From a bacterium (GTDB lineage Bacteria > UBA8248 > JACPRG01 > G963555815): DNA of 64,000 bases. The stretch spans positions 1,920,001 to 1,984,000 of the forward strand of contig OZ244653.1 of the NCBI GenBank assembly GCA_965218795.1, in the 5' to 3' direction. The translations under genes were made by a program, and so were the position numbers. Under the pieces are notes generated by a model. The model had not been told where the DNA came from and made no database searches. It was given only the letters and a program-made list of their open reading frames with translations. Shown piece after piece: positions 38,761-48,429 of this stretch (the stretch's first letter is position 1; each line of letters opens with the position of its first letter).

Positions 38761-38958
38761 ACCCAATCCACGCCAGGCCCGATCACTTTCGTTCGACTTA
38801 CGTAGAATATGAGACCTCTTCCAAAGCTTGTCAAGGAGATTTTTCGTTTTGATGTTGTTTTGCAGGGCCTTCATCGGCTGAATTTTTTTTCGAGGATGTA
38901 CCAAACCGCCCCGCAACGCCGCTCCATCGCCGCCGCCTGCTGCGGCGTGAGGGGCAGC

Positions 38959-39066
38959 TTCTCCTGGCCGGCCCGCTCCTTTCGCTTCACAAGCCACTTT
39001 AACGGCGGGCCTGCGCGGGATCCTTGAAGTTCTCCTGACCGGCCCGTTCCTTTCGCTTCACAAGCC
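38959..39066. repeat. 37-bp direct repeat pair separated by 34 bp
   Basis: TTCTCCTG(G/A)CCGGCCCG(C/T)TCCTTTCGCTTCACAAGCC at 38959-38995 and 39030-39066. Confidence 0.8.
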
Positions 39067-39434
39067 GCTCATGCCGGGAGAAGCCATCCCGTTCTTGATC
39101 AGGATGTTCTGAATGGCGGGGCTTCTTCTCCCTTGTCAAGATAGCATTGGTTCGGAAAAATGCCTGGTTGTACACTTAATGAACGTGCGCCAGATGAAAT
39201 TCTGGTATTCCCGAACATGAATCTGCCCCCCCCTTCAAGTCGATCTGACATGGAAGCAGCTGAATTAGTTCCAAGGAACAGGGAGGGTCGTGTCAACGGC
39301 AAGCCCATTTATCGATGACGCTCATGTCTTCAATGCTATATTGACCCAATCGGTTCCCAATCAGAAAAATGGCCCTCTTCTCAGATAGCGGCCAACCTCA
39401 GCCTTCCTCGAAGGGAAGACCAGGAGAGATATTC

Positions 39435-39851
39435 ATGGAGAAGCAGGTCATCCATCCCCAGCCGCCGGCAGCGGACATGCCCTTCGTTCCGGCCATCACG
39501 GTCAAGGGCGACCACACGGTCGTCTACGCTTCCGGCTGCACGGCCTCTCCCCTCTATCACAGCCACCCCCACATGGAGGAAGAACTCCGTGTTCCCGACG
39601 ACATACGGGTGCAGACCCGGATGACATTCGACAACATCAAGCTCATCCTGGAGGCGGGCGGAGCGACGCTCAAGGACGTGGTAAGGGCGACGGTCTACCT
39701 GACCGACCGGGGCGAGATGGACGCCATGAACGAAGAGTACGAGAAAATCTTCGAGGGCCACCTGCCGGCGCGTTCCTGCATCATTGTCAACGGCCTCGTC
39801 GCCCCGAATCTCAAAATCGAGGTCGAGGTGACGGCCGTGGTGCCCGGGTAA
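39435..39851 (+). CDS. RidA/YjgF family protein
   Basis: VYASG, QTR.TFDNIK.ILEAGG..DVV...VYL, PARS, IEVEVTA. Confidence 0.9.
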   Translation: MEKQVIHPQPPAADMPFVPAITVKGDHTVVYASGCTASPLYHSHPHMEEELRVPDDIRVQTRMTFDNIKLILEAGGATLKDVVRATVYLTDRGEMDAMNEEYEKIFEGHLPARSCIIVNGLVAPNLKIEVEVTAVVPG

Positions 39852-39908
39852 TCTTTCCCGCAAGCCGATTTGAATTCGGTCCGGCGTCTCGTCAAAGACT
39901 GGAGGTCA

Positions 39909-40325
39909 ATGATGAAAAAAATCTTCTTTCGACCCGGTGAGGCGGAACCGCTGCGTATCGCAAGTAAGGCGCCGCGGGAGTGGGGAATCGTCGTGAGCCC
40001 GGAGGGCGTCGGGGCGGAGCGCCTGTCATTCGGGGTCCAGGAGGTGGACATCGGAAGCCGTATCCCTGTCCACGTTCACGACAAGGAGGAAGAGATCCTT
40101 TTCTTCTGGGGGGGACGGGGACGATGCATCCTGGATGATGAAGAGTTCGAGATCGAGCCGGGATCTACGGCGTATGTCCCGATCGGTGTATGGCACGGCG
40201 TCGTGAACACGGGCGATGAGCCCTTGAGACTGACGTGGACCTTCTCCCCGCCGGGACGGGAGAAGGTCTTTCGGCACATGGCCGCCACCGGAGAGGACAT
40301 GCCCCCGCGGCCGAACGGCGATTAG
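39909..40325 (+). CDS. Cupin domain protein
   Basis: PVHVH..EEILFFWGGRG..PG...P.GVWHGVVNTG. Confidence 0.9.
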   Translation: MMKKIFFRPGEAEPLRIASKAPREWGIVVSPEGVGAERLSFGVQEVDIGSRIPVHVHDKEEEILFFWGGRGRCILDDEEFEIEPGSTAYVPIGVWHGVVNTGDEPLRLTWTFSPPGREKVFRHMAATGEDMPPRPNGD

Positions 40326-40445
40326 GGCTTTGCGGCCCCGAGACGGCTCGGCATGGTCTCCAGCGGCGGAAAAGGTTTTGCCCTCTACAACCCTGTATAT
40401 CTCCAGCCCTTGCGAACGAGGGAACCGCCGACATTGGCGTTGCCG

Positions 40446-41009
40446 CTACCGGCCAGGCCAAGGGGTGTGATAGTTCTCTTCGTTGTGTTGAATCGTATTG
40501 ATAAAAGCGAGAGCCAGCGGCTTGCCAGAGGCTTCGGCCAGAGGCTTCACATGGGAGAGCATATCAGCCCGGGGACAGAATGTTCGGTATCCCTCCTCTT
40601 CGTAGGCTTCTCGTTCAGGCAGGCTGCTTCCATAAAGAACGGCCGACTTCTCCGCCCGCCATTCCATCGGCAGCGCCAGCGCCAGCGGCAGGCCCTGCCC
40701 CGCGTTGTTCCCGAAGACCACGTAATCCAGCCCCTCCCCCAATGCTCCCAGCGCATTGACGATTCCTGTAATGGAAACCTGATCCCAGTACAGCTTTTCC
40801 CGCTCCGCCTGTTCAAGGCTTAACTCGCAAGGGTACCCTTCGGCCATCCTGTACTCGCCTTGGCTTTCGACAAGACGGCCCCAGGGCAATGGCGGCACCG
40901 CGACAAAGCTCTCCACTGTCACTTCGTTGTCCAGAATGAGGACTGAAAAGCAACCCATGAATGAGGGCGCCAGGTCAGCAGAGATCGCGCGGTTCATTTC
41001 TGTTTCCAA
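40446..41009 (-). CDS. Hypothetical protein
   Basis: 187-aa ORF with normal composition; no family recognised. Confidence 0.6.
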   Translation of the reverse strand: METEMNRAISADLAPSFMGCFSVLILDNEVTVESFVAVPPLPWGRLVESQGEYRMAEGYPCELSLEQAEREKLYWDQVSITGIVNALGALGEGLDYVVFGNNAGQGLPLALALPMEWRAEKSAVLYGSSLPEREAYEEEGYRTFCPRADMLSHVKPLAEASGKPLALAFINTIQHNEENYHTPWPGR

Positions 41010-41106
41010 ACTCGGGGTGAGGGATCATCATAAGGGAGAATGTTTGTCATGGAATCGTTCAGGCCTTTTGAGGAGGATTCCTCGGACCTCGCCCAACATG
41101 GTTGCA

Positions 41107-41565
41107 TCACCTTTCGGCCAGGGCCGCCCTGACCGACCCTTCCACCGCCATCGGCAATTTCCATAAACCCTCCTGACCTGGCACCTCCACCGGCTCAGGA
41201 AGAATTCTCACCTCCCTCAGCCGCCAGACGAACCTGCCGACGGCCCACTCTCCCCATTCCCGCTCCAGCGGCCCCTGCGATTTGAGCAAGGCAGGTGTCA
41301 CCTCAGAACACTCTGTCAGTCTGCCGACGGAAACAACGGCCCCCAATGAGAACTCATCCATCTTGGGGAAAAATAATCCGGGCGCAAAATACATTGTACC
41401 TCGATGAAGCCTTGTCCAATCCCATGGATCCACCTGCCGGTCCGCTGCGTGGACCGCCACCCATCTGCCTATCGCATCCTCCGGCGCCCGGCAAACGAGT
41501 GTTTCGAACTCCTTCAAGCGCCCAATCGCCCAGGCCCACGGCTGTCGGATGGTCAGCGCTTTCAT
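41107..41565 (-). CDS. ASCH domain protein
   Basis: MKALTIRQPWAWAI..K.FET, VAVHA, GAVVSV, GQEGLW. Confidence 0.85.
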   Translation of the reverse strand: MKALTIRQPWAWAIGRLKEFETLVCRAPEDAIGRWVAVHAADRQVDPWDWTRLHRGTMYFAPGLFFPKMDEFSLGAVVSVGRLTECSEVTPALLKSQGPLEREWGEWAVGRFVWRLREVRILPEPVEVPGQEGLWKLPMAVEGSVRAALAER

Positions 41566-41783
41566 CCCGCCTCCCCTCTCATTCACTGTCACGTTGCATC
41601 GTTTTCGAATCCCCCTGATGCACAGAAATCAATCGATCCCCGTGCCGCTGAGCTCTCGCGCCGCAGGCCATGATCTCGGCGGTCCTGAGTAGGTATGGCG
41701 ATCGCAAAATCCATTGGTTGCCAGCGCTCCGTATCCCAGAGCGTTGCAGACACGCTTGGCGGCTCGTGGCATGAGTCGATCAG

Positions 41784-41823
41784 AAAAGAAAAGGGGTCAG
41801 CCAACAGCACTGGCCAACCCCTT
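41784..41823 (-). terminator. Rho-independent terminator after tRNA-Arg
   Basis: AAGGGGTTGGCC..TTGGCTGACCCCTTTTCTTTT on the minus strand. Confidence 0.65.
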
Positions 41824-41831
41824 GATATATT

Positions 41832-41908
41832 TGGTGCCCCCGGCACGACTCGAACGTGCGACCCCAGGATTAGGAATCCTGTGCTCTATCCACCTGAGCT
41901 ACGAGGGC
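41832..41908 (-). tRNA. tRNA-Arg (anticodon CCT)
   Basis: GCCCTCGTAGCTCAGGTGGATAGAGCACAGGATTCCTAATCCTGGGGTCGCACGTTCGAGTCGTGCCGGGGGCACCA cloverleaf with CCA end. Confidence 0.96.
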
Positions 41909-41922
41909 TGAGCGGAGCCCCC

Positions 41923-42426
41923 CTAAACGCTGAATTCCTGGTCGAGGATTTCATAGATGTAGCGTTCCAGTGAGACCGGATAGAACTTGGCGTCGGGTGA
42001 AAGAATGATCCCTGTATCGATGATCTCCTTCCTCATCAAGTCGTCCATCGCCCGGTTCAGGAACGATTTTGGATCGGAATTCACATTCTGGATTTTGAGT
42101 TCGTCGTTTTCGAGCTGTATCTGGGACCGGCCGGAATAGAGAAAGCTGAAGACACGGCCAACGAGTGCCCTGTCCATGTACTCGCTCTCTTCAAAGACCT
42201 CGCCGTAAGTCTGTTGGGATGCATTGGGTGAAAAAACAAGCCGGGGAGAAACCCGAATCTTTCCCCGGACTTCAATGGCCCGCTCACTACCCACAGCCAC
42301 TGGCCCCGCCAGGATGTACGGAAGAGTGTGGTATCCCGAAATGATTCCGGAGATGGGCTTCCGCAGAACCTGCGTGTTCTCGAATATGGTCTTTACGTGT
42401 TCGCTGTCGACTCTGTCTTCGAACAT
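41923..42426 (-). CDS. Hypothetical protein
   Basis: 167-aa ORF with an upstream purine-rich RBS-like sequence; no family recognised. Confidence 0.7.
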   Translation of the reverse strand: MFEDRVDSEHVKTIFENTQVLRKPISGIISGYHTLPYILAGPVAVGSERAIEVRGKIRVSPRLVFSPNASQQTYGEVFEESEYMDRALVGRVFSFLYSGRSQIQLENDELKIQNVNSDPKSFLNRAMDDLMRKEIIDTGIILSPDAKFYPVSLERYIYEILDQEFSV

Positions 42427-42647
42427 TCCTATCTCACCCGCTTTCAGGGATCCCTATCCATCGAAATTCTTTCTGGCAGCCATTCTGATTCCCGACCAAG
42501 CTGCAACAACTCTCCATTCCGACCAGCCCATTATCCCTCATGCCGACCGATGATGTCACCGACTCATGTTTTGAACCCACGATGAGAGCAAAGTATGGAA
42601 TCAGAGAGGTCTCTATGTAGGTTCTCCGGCCGTGGAGGGAAAGAAAA

Positions 42648-43040
42648 ATGTGCAAGAAAACCATGATCGCAACCGCAGCGGGAGCCCTGTTCTTTGCCAT
42701 GTCAGGATGGGCTGCCGGTGCAGAGGCAGTCCACAAGAAAAATCTCCCCCTGATGAAGCAGGACGGCATTTCATGGTACGGCAGCGAAATCGGCGCCGGC
42801 AGCCGTGAGACCATCGTCAAGGGGTTCCCGCCCAAAGTTGTCCTGGCGAACCAGAAGGGCGATCGGATGTCCAATGTCGAGGTCAAGCTTGAGCAGGCCG
42901 GCGTGAAAGAATGCACAATGATCAATGCCGGGCCTTGATACGTTCGCGCCAAAGTGAACGGGATGGCAATTGTCCGAAAGAGCGTTCGGGCTCCGGCAAA
43001 AGGCATCGAGATCATCACGATGTACTTTTCCATGAAATAG
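42648..43040 (+). pseudogene. Small secreted beta-sandwich (carboxypeptidase-regulatory-like) protein with internal TGA
   Basis: Signal peptide, ..G..MSNVEV....NAGP-TGA-YVRAKV..; the frame continues to TAG at ~43040. Confidence 0.45.
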
Positions 43041-43099
43041 CCGGCGGCTACCCTTTCCCGGGAAGGTTTGATCCCCCGAGAACCGTCCCGAGAAGCGGA

Positions 43100-44398
43100 T
43101 CAGCCAATGAGATCGTATGCCGCAAGCGCATAGGACTTTGTGACGTTGGCCAGGTTCATCACGTTCAAACACTCTCCCTTCGCGCCGTCATACATCGAGT
43201 AAACGCCCGAAGGGGTGATGCCTCCGGCCCCGTAGGTGATACTCGTGCACCCGTATTCGGAGATCGGTCCGCCGTCGCTGGAGACGGAATATCGTGCAGG
43301 CTCGGGATAGAGGGGCGCCCTTTTGAAGATCTCTTTGTGGATACCGTGGACGGTCTTGACCAGTTCGTGGTCGGGCGAGGTCTCGTAACCGTTGCTCACC
43401 ATATAGAAGCCCACCTCGGCGTGAAGCTCGGGGTCCTTCGCCTCCAGCCGGTCGAGCCATTCCAGAAGCTCATCGCGAACTTCTACAGGGGTCGTGCCCG
43501 GCAGAGTCGTGACATGGACGTACAGCGTGCAGGATGGCGCGGGGCAAAATGAAGGCTTGAACGGAAGCCCGCCCTCAATGGCGCTGATCCCGACCGAGAC
43601 CAGCATGAACGGGTGGGGATGCCGCCTGCGGTAGTCCGCCTCCCAACCCTTCAGTCCCTCCCGGATCTTGACCATTTTCTCAATGGCATCCACTCCCTTA
43701 TCTTTGCTGAAGGTGTGTTGGCCGATGCCCTGAGTGGTGATTTTGGCGAAGATGTACCCGGTGTTGCCCAGCTGGATCCGCATCCCGGTGGGCTCGCCGA
43801 TGATGGCAAGGTCCGCAACGCATCCGTGCGACATCAGAAAACGCGCGCCACTCCCTCCACCCCGGTAGCCGATCCCTTGATAGTGGCTGACCGGCGCTTT
43901 CTCGATCTCGCCGACAACACCTGTAATGAGAATGTCGCTCGAGAGGTTGACTCCAGTCTCTATCAACGCCTCGACCGCGCCGATATAGCCGGCGAAGGCG
44001 TTCTTCATGTTCGAGGCGCCGAGACCGTAGAGCCAATCCCCCTCGCGAACGGCCTTGGACACCTGACCGGGGATCTTGTCCGCATCCGTGGCCGAGGTAT
44101 CGAAATGGGCATTGAACATCAGGTTTCGTCCCCTGCCGCCACCCTTGCCGCGAAGTTTCGCGATCACGTTGTTCCGACCCTCCTCGACCTCCTGCAGCGA
44201 TACCTCGAGTCCGATCCCCTCGAACTCCCTGGCCAAGAAATCCGAGATCTCCGCCTCACCCCCGGTTGGGCTGGGGATGTTCGTCAATTGTTCTGTAATC
44301 TCTCCGACGCGGGCCTTGCTGACCGCCCTGACGATCCGGTCCCGAATCGAGCCCCGCGCGGATTTACCTTTCTTGACGGCCGTCTTTCGTTTCGCCAT
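43100..44398 (-). CDS. M20/ArgE/DapE family metallo-amidohydrolase with non-canonical ligands
   Basis: IPSPTGGE, NAHFDT, YGLGASNMK, VGEIE, IIGEPT. Confidence 0.88.
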   Translation of the reverse strand: MAKRKTAVKKGKSARGSIRDRIVRAVSKARVGEITEQLTNIPSPTGGEAEISDFLAREFEGIGLEVSLQEVEEGRNNVIAKLRGKGGGRGRNLMFNAHFDTSATDADKIPGQVSKAVREGDWLYGLGASNMKNAFAGYIGAVEALIETGVNLSSDILITGVVGEIEKAPVSHYQGIGYRGGGSGARFLMSHGCVADLAIIGEPTGMRIQLGNTGYIFAKITTQGIGQHTFSKDKGVDAIEKMVKIREGLKGWEADYRRRHPHPFMLVSVGISAIEGGLPFKPSFCPAPSCTLYVHVTTLPGTTPVEVRDELLEWLDRLEAKDPELHAEVGFYMVSNGYETSPDHELVKTVHGIHKEIFKRAPLYPEPARYSVSSDGGPISEYGCTSITYGAGGITPSGVYSMYDGAKGECLNVMNLANVTKSYALAAYDLIG

Positions 44399-44468
44399 TG
44401 GGTTTTCCCTATTTCCCTTATCGAGAAGCGGAAACAAGTCGGATTGAATCGTGAAACACGAAATATCC

Positions 44469-45122
44469 TCAAGGCTCGTAAACAATGATCTTCATCGGCG
44501 AAGGATTGTATCCCGTCCCTGGATTGTTTTCCTGGGGGCAGTTGGAAATCCCCGCCAGGACGTCCATTTCCGCCCTCAGGTCCGCATAATCCCCCGGTTG
44601 CGTAGGCGTGGGGCGGATCTCGAACGTCCCGTCGGGGTCGTACGAGACGTTCAGAAAGAAAGTGAAGCATGCTCCATCATCGATGCGGCCGCGCGTAAAC
44701 CCGTGGGGCTCAAGCGCATTCATCAGGTTCTCGGAGCAGCTCCGGGTGCCATGGACGCCGTATCGCCTGAAATTCGCCTCCTCGCAACAATATCCGCCTC
44801 CCATGAAATGCACCCCGACCGTGTCCTCCAGGATAGTGTACATCGGGTTGCATTTGTTCGTGTACAGGACGTGCCCCGATGTGGGTTTCCAGGTCTTGTT
44901 CAGAAAATTGCTCCAAACGACAGAAAGCTTTTCCTCGAAAGGATCCGCCATGCTGAACGAGGCGTAGTCCAGCACCTGAACACCTTCCAAATCAATCACC
45001 CGGAAACATTGCCCCTGGGTCAGCACCAGGTCACAGTACCCCTTCGCGGGAACGGTAACCTCCTTGACCTGCTTCCCGGGCACGTCGTGAGCCCGACCCA
45101 ATCTCTCTTCGTCCGCGGACAT
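44469..45122 (-). CDS. DUF1989 / urea-carboxylase-associated family protein
   Basis: GQCFRVIDLEG.QV.D, DTVG.H..GG.C, SC.ENL, PGDY.DLRAEMDVL.GISNCP. Confidence 0.88.
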   Translation of the reverse strand: MSADEERLGRAHDVPGKQVKEVTVPAKGYCDLVLTQGQCFRVIDLEGVQVLDYASFSMADPFEEKLSVVWSNFLNKTWKPTSGHVLYTNKCNPMYTILEDTVGVHFMGGGYCCEEANFRRYGVHGTRSCSENLMNALEPHGFTRGRIDDGACFTFFLNVSYDPDGTFEIRPTPTQPGDYADLRAEMDVLAGISNCPQENNPGTGYNPSPMKIIVYEP

Positions 45123-45285
45123 TCGGCCCTCCTGTCGTCGCTGGTCTCTCTCACGCGTGAAATGAACTGAGAGGATATTCTTGGTCCATGAATTTTCATA
45201 CAATCCCGACTCGGGTTCAATCTTGAGACGGGCAAAGGATTCCCTCTGGAACAAAAGGGGAATCTCTTCAATCCGCGGTCATCCT

Positions 45286-45987
45286 CTATTGCAACCGTTG
45301 GGTGATCAATGCAACCGCTAAGCGGGTGGGTCCCTCCAGCGAATCCGGACCCATCAGCTTCCGGCCCGAACCTGAACCGCCTGAGGCGAGGATGGCCGCT
45401 GATTCCGCCCATTGCGAATTCGCTCTTCCGATAGAGCCCTCCGGCTGCGTGACCTCATTTAACCGATCTTCCGAAAAGGTCTCGTACCGAAGCTTGAATT
45501 CCTCGGCCAGAGCCTCAACGGCATCCCGGCCCGGATCCGCATTCGCCGTCGCCAGCTTCGCAACGGACCCCCAGGCGAGGCCGGAATGCCGAATCCCATC
45601 ACGAACTCTCCGTTCCAGTTCTGCGCCGCCGACAGGTTCCGCATTGCTCAAGCCAACGGCAAGGTTTTTCGGCCGAATGACGGCTACGGGATATGGGATA
45701 CCCCGAATTTGTTCCTCTACCAGACGGTGGGTCACAATCATTGCGGCGTCAAACGATCGGTTCCTAAGCTGCTGTGAATCCTCCAGAATCTTCACCCGAC
45801 CCGTCGTACCCCATAGCAGACCCTCCCGGTCCCCGGATTCCGAGCAAAACCCCACGCTTCCCTTATTCCTCAGCGCGTCTTCCACCGCATGGACGGCCGA
45901 CTCGTTTTCGACCCCCCACCCGAAATTTCTCGCTAGTGATACGAGCGTAACTTGAGTCATCCCGAATCCGCTTAAGGCGACGACCAT
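45286..45987 (-). CDS. CbiG-like (cobalt-precorrin-5A hydrolase) middle/C-terminal domains, possibly degenerate
   Basis: IRPKNLAVGL, VAKLAT, AESAAILASG, RLAVAL; N-terminal CbiG domain absent. Confidence 0.65.
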   Translation of the reverse strand: MVVALSGFGMTQVTLVSLARNFGWGVENESAVHAVEDALRNKGSVGFCSESGDREGLLWGTTGRVKILEDSQQLRNRSFDAAMIVTHRLVEEQIRGIPYPVAVIRPKNLAVGLSNAEPVGGAELERRVRDGIRHSGLAWGSVAKLATANADPGRDAVEALAEEFKLRYETFSEDRLNEVTQPEGSIGRANSQWAESAAILASGGSGSGRKLMGPDSLEGPTRLAVALITQRLQ

Positions 45988-46176
45988 ACCCCGATTCGCT
46001 CCCCTTCAAGGGAGGGGATGGAGCCCATGAAATTCCGGGGGAATTTGGATTCCAAAGGGAAAAGAACCCGCCTGAATGTCCCTCCGGAGTTCTGGTTTTT
46101 GGCCGCTCTACCGCCCGTCTCATTTAATACCTTTGCATAAAACATACCGTCGTGAGTCTCCGATAACTATTTGCAT

Positions 46177-46482
46177 TTACTTCCCAAAACAGAAAAAAGG
46201 AAAGGTCTTGCTCCAAAAACCCGCCTCGATCTGCTCATCCAATCCTCCGGCTATCGGGGGGAAGATCCCAACGGTGTCACCGTCTTTGAGCATTTGCTCC
46301 ACCGAAGATTGTTCGTCATTCTGCATGACTAAACTCACTTCACCTCGAGGAATCCCGAGTCTTTTGATGACATCGATGATCCGGCTGCCCGTGCGAACCC
46401 TGATTCGGGAGGCTTTTTCCTTCCGGTCGGCCGGAGGAAGATAATCCACAAAATGTGCAAACACCCGGACTTCAATCAGCAC
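46177..46482 (-). CDS. MoaD/ThiS ubiquitin-like sulfur carrier with 21-residue tail after GG
   Basis: GTG start overlapping the larC end; LKDGDTVGIFPPIAGG followed by LDEQ..FGK. Confidence 0.85.
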   Translation of the reverse strand: MLIEVRVFAHFVDYLPPADRKEKASRIRVRTGSRIIDVIKRLGIPRGEVSLVMQNDEQSSVEQMLKDGDTVGIFPPIAGGLDEQIEAGFWSKTFPFFCFGK

Positions 46483-47665
46483 GGGGAAGCGCCTCTCTGG
46501 CGGCCGCCAGCGCCTCCTGATAGACCCGCCAAAGCGGTATCCTTTTCTCCACGGCCACTCGGCGGCAATCTTCATACTCCGGAGACACGCACCCAGCGGA
46601 CCCGTCGGCTGAGGACATCTTGATCTTCACGTCGCCAAAGGCCGTGTGGACGACGATTTCGCTTCGGCCGGCGGCCAACCGGTCGACCGAAGACCAGCGG
46701 ACCCCCAGGGTGGTCGTCTCACGGAGAATCGTTCGGACGACAACGTCCTTCTCCTCTATACGGCAAAGAACCGAAAGAAGCGTCCCCGGCCGAAACTTCT
46801 TCATCCCGACCGCCGTCCAGAACACATCCAATGCACCTTGGCCGAACAAGACTTCCGCGACGTGCTCATAGAATTCGGGGTTCATGTCATCGATATTGGC
46901 TTCCACCACGACCAAGCGTTCGACCGTCTCCTCACCGGCCTCGCCCAGGGTTGCCGTCTCACTGGATTCTCCCAGCAGGAGTCGCAGCACGTTGGGTATC
47001 TCCAGGTCCCAGGTTCCGGCCCCGTAGCCCACGGCCTTCTGCCGCATGGCGGGCATCGGCCCGAATGAATCGGCCAGGGTCGTCAGAATGGCGGCTCCCG
47101 TGGGCGTAACCAACTCCGCCTCGATACCGGTTCCGCGAACCGGAAGATCCCGGACCAGCTCCAGCGTCGCGGGCGCGGGCTGGCGTCCGTGCGCGGAACG
47201 GACGAACCCGGTACCCATTGGGAGCGGGGACCCGACGACCCGGGTCACGCCGAGCCATTCGAGGCCCGTCACGGATCCGACAATATCCGCGATCGCATCC
47301 ATGGCCCCGACCTCATGAAAAAGGACATCTTCGTTCTCGATTCGGTGAATACGGGATTCGGCTTCAGCCAACCGATGAAAAATCCGCAGACTTTTCTCCT
47401 GAACGGTCGTGGAGATGTCACTGGCTTCGATGATTCGCCGGATCTCGGAATAATGCCGATGCCCCTCCCGGTCATCCGCGGAGACATTCACTTTGGTGGC
47501 CCCGAATCCGTTTTTCGTAACGGTCTCGGATTGAACCGATAGTCCCGGCAGGTGAAGCAGATCCATCGCTTCCTGAAGAATTTCGATGGGCACTCCGGCG
47601 TCCACCAGCGCCCCCAGGGTCATGTCTCCCGCAATTCCCGCAATACAGTCAAAGTAGACGAGCAT
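46472..47665 (-). CDS. larC: Nickel-pincer cofactor cyclometallase
   Basis: YFDCIAGIAGDMTLGAL, FHEVGAMD, PAPAT, ELVTPTGAA, EANIDD, MKK.RPG, PEYED. Confidence 0.94.
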   Translation of the reverse strand: MLVYFDCIAGIAGDMTLGALVDAGVPIEILQEAMDLLHLPGLSVQSETVTKNGFGATKVNVSADDREGHRHYSEIRRIIEASDISTTVQEKSLRIFHRLAEAESRIHRIENEDVLFHEVGAMDAIADIVGSVTGLEWLGVTRVVGSPLPMGTGFVRSAHGRQPAPATLELVRDLPVRGTGIEAELVTPTGAAILTTLADSFGPMPAMRQKAVGYGAGTWDLEIPNVLRLLLGESSETATLGEAGEETVERLVVVEANIDDMNPEFYEHVAEVLFGQGALDVFWTAVGMKKFRPGTLLSVLCRIEEKDVVVRTILRETTTLGVRWSSVDRLAAGRSEIVVHTAFGDVKIKMSSADGSAGCVSPEYEDCRRVAVEKRIPLWRVYQEALAAAREALPRAD

Positions 47666-48429
47666 CAATCCTCAATCCGGTTGATCCGGTCGGCCAGGAC
47701 AGCGGCGCCGAACCCGTTATCGATATTGACGACGGACACGCCGGGAGTGCAGGCGTTGAGCATGGAGAGCAGGGCCGCCAACCCGCCGAAACTCGCTCCG
47801 TACCCCACGCTCGTCGGCACCGCGATGATTGGACGATCGACCAATCCGCCGATAACGCTCGGAAGCGCCCCCTCCATCCCGGCCACGACCACGATGACCC
47901 GGGCCCGCCTGAGAACAGGCCAGTTCTCCAAAAGCCGGTGAAGACCGGCAACACCCACGTCGTACACCCGTTCCACCCGGCTGCCCATCAAATCGAGCGT
48001 GACGGCGGCCTCTTCCGCTACGGGAAGATCTGATGTGCCAGCGGATATCACCGCTACCCGTCCCACCCGCTCTCCACGCCCTTGACCTTGGGGCCGGTTC
48101 AGCACGACGATACGCGCGGTTTCGAGATATTCGAAAGTAGCGTCCAGTACCCCGAGAGCCCGGGCGGCATCGGGGGAGACCCGTGTCGCGAGAACCATCC
48201 CCCCGTCCCCTTTCAGGATTTCGCGGGCGATGGCGTAGATCTGCTTCGGGGTTTTTCCTTCGGCGTAGATGACCTCCCCGATCCCGTTTCGGAGGGGGCG
48301 ATGATGGTCGACTTTTGCGAAACCGAGGTCGGTAAAGGGGAGCGTCCGCAACCGCTCCAGCGCTTCATCCGCTGAAATCCGCCCCGCTTCAACGTCCGAC
48401 AATAGAGACCTCAGCCGCTCAATGTCCAT
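47665..48429 (-). CDS. larB: Nickel-pincer cofactor carboxylase/hydrolase
   Basis: AGTSDLPVAEEA, DVGVAGLHRL, AGMEGAL, PTSVGYG, VVNIDNGFGA. Confidence 0.95.
   Translation of the reverse strand: MDIERLRSLLSDVEAGRISADEALERLRTLPFTDLGFAKVDHHRPLRNGIGEVIYAEGKTPKQIYAIAREILKGDGGMVLATRVSPDAARALGVLDATFEYLETARIVVLNRPQGQGRGERVGRVAVISAGTSDLPVAEEAAVTLDLMGSRVERVYDVGVAGLHRLLENWPVLRRARVIVVVAGMEGALPSVIGGLVDRPIIAVPTSVGYGASFGGLAALLSMLNACTPGVSVVNIDNGFGAAVLADRINRIED

Noticed and set aside
42936-42938. Second selenocysteine TGA
   Set aside because: It falls at a GP-W-like position rather than a Cys motif and no convincing SECIS follows; more likely a TGG-to-TGA nonsense change
45990-46170. Cobalamin riboswitch upstream of the cbiG-like gene
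   Set aside because: No B12-box or GGGAA..GCCACTG core recognisable
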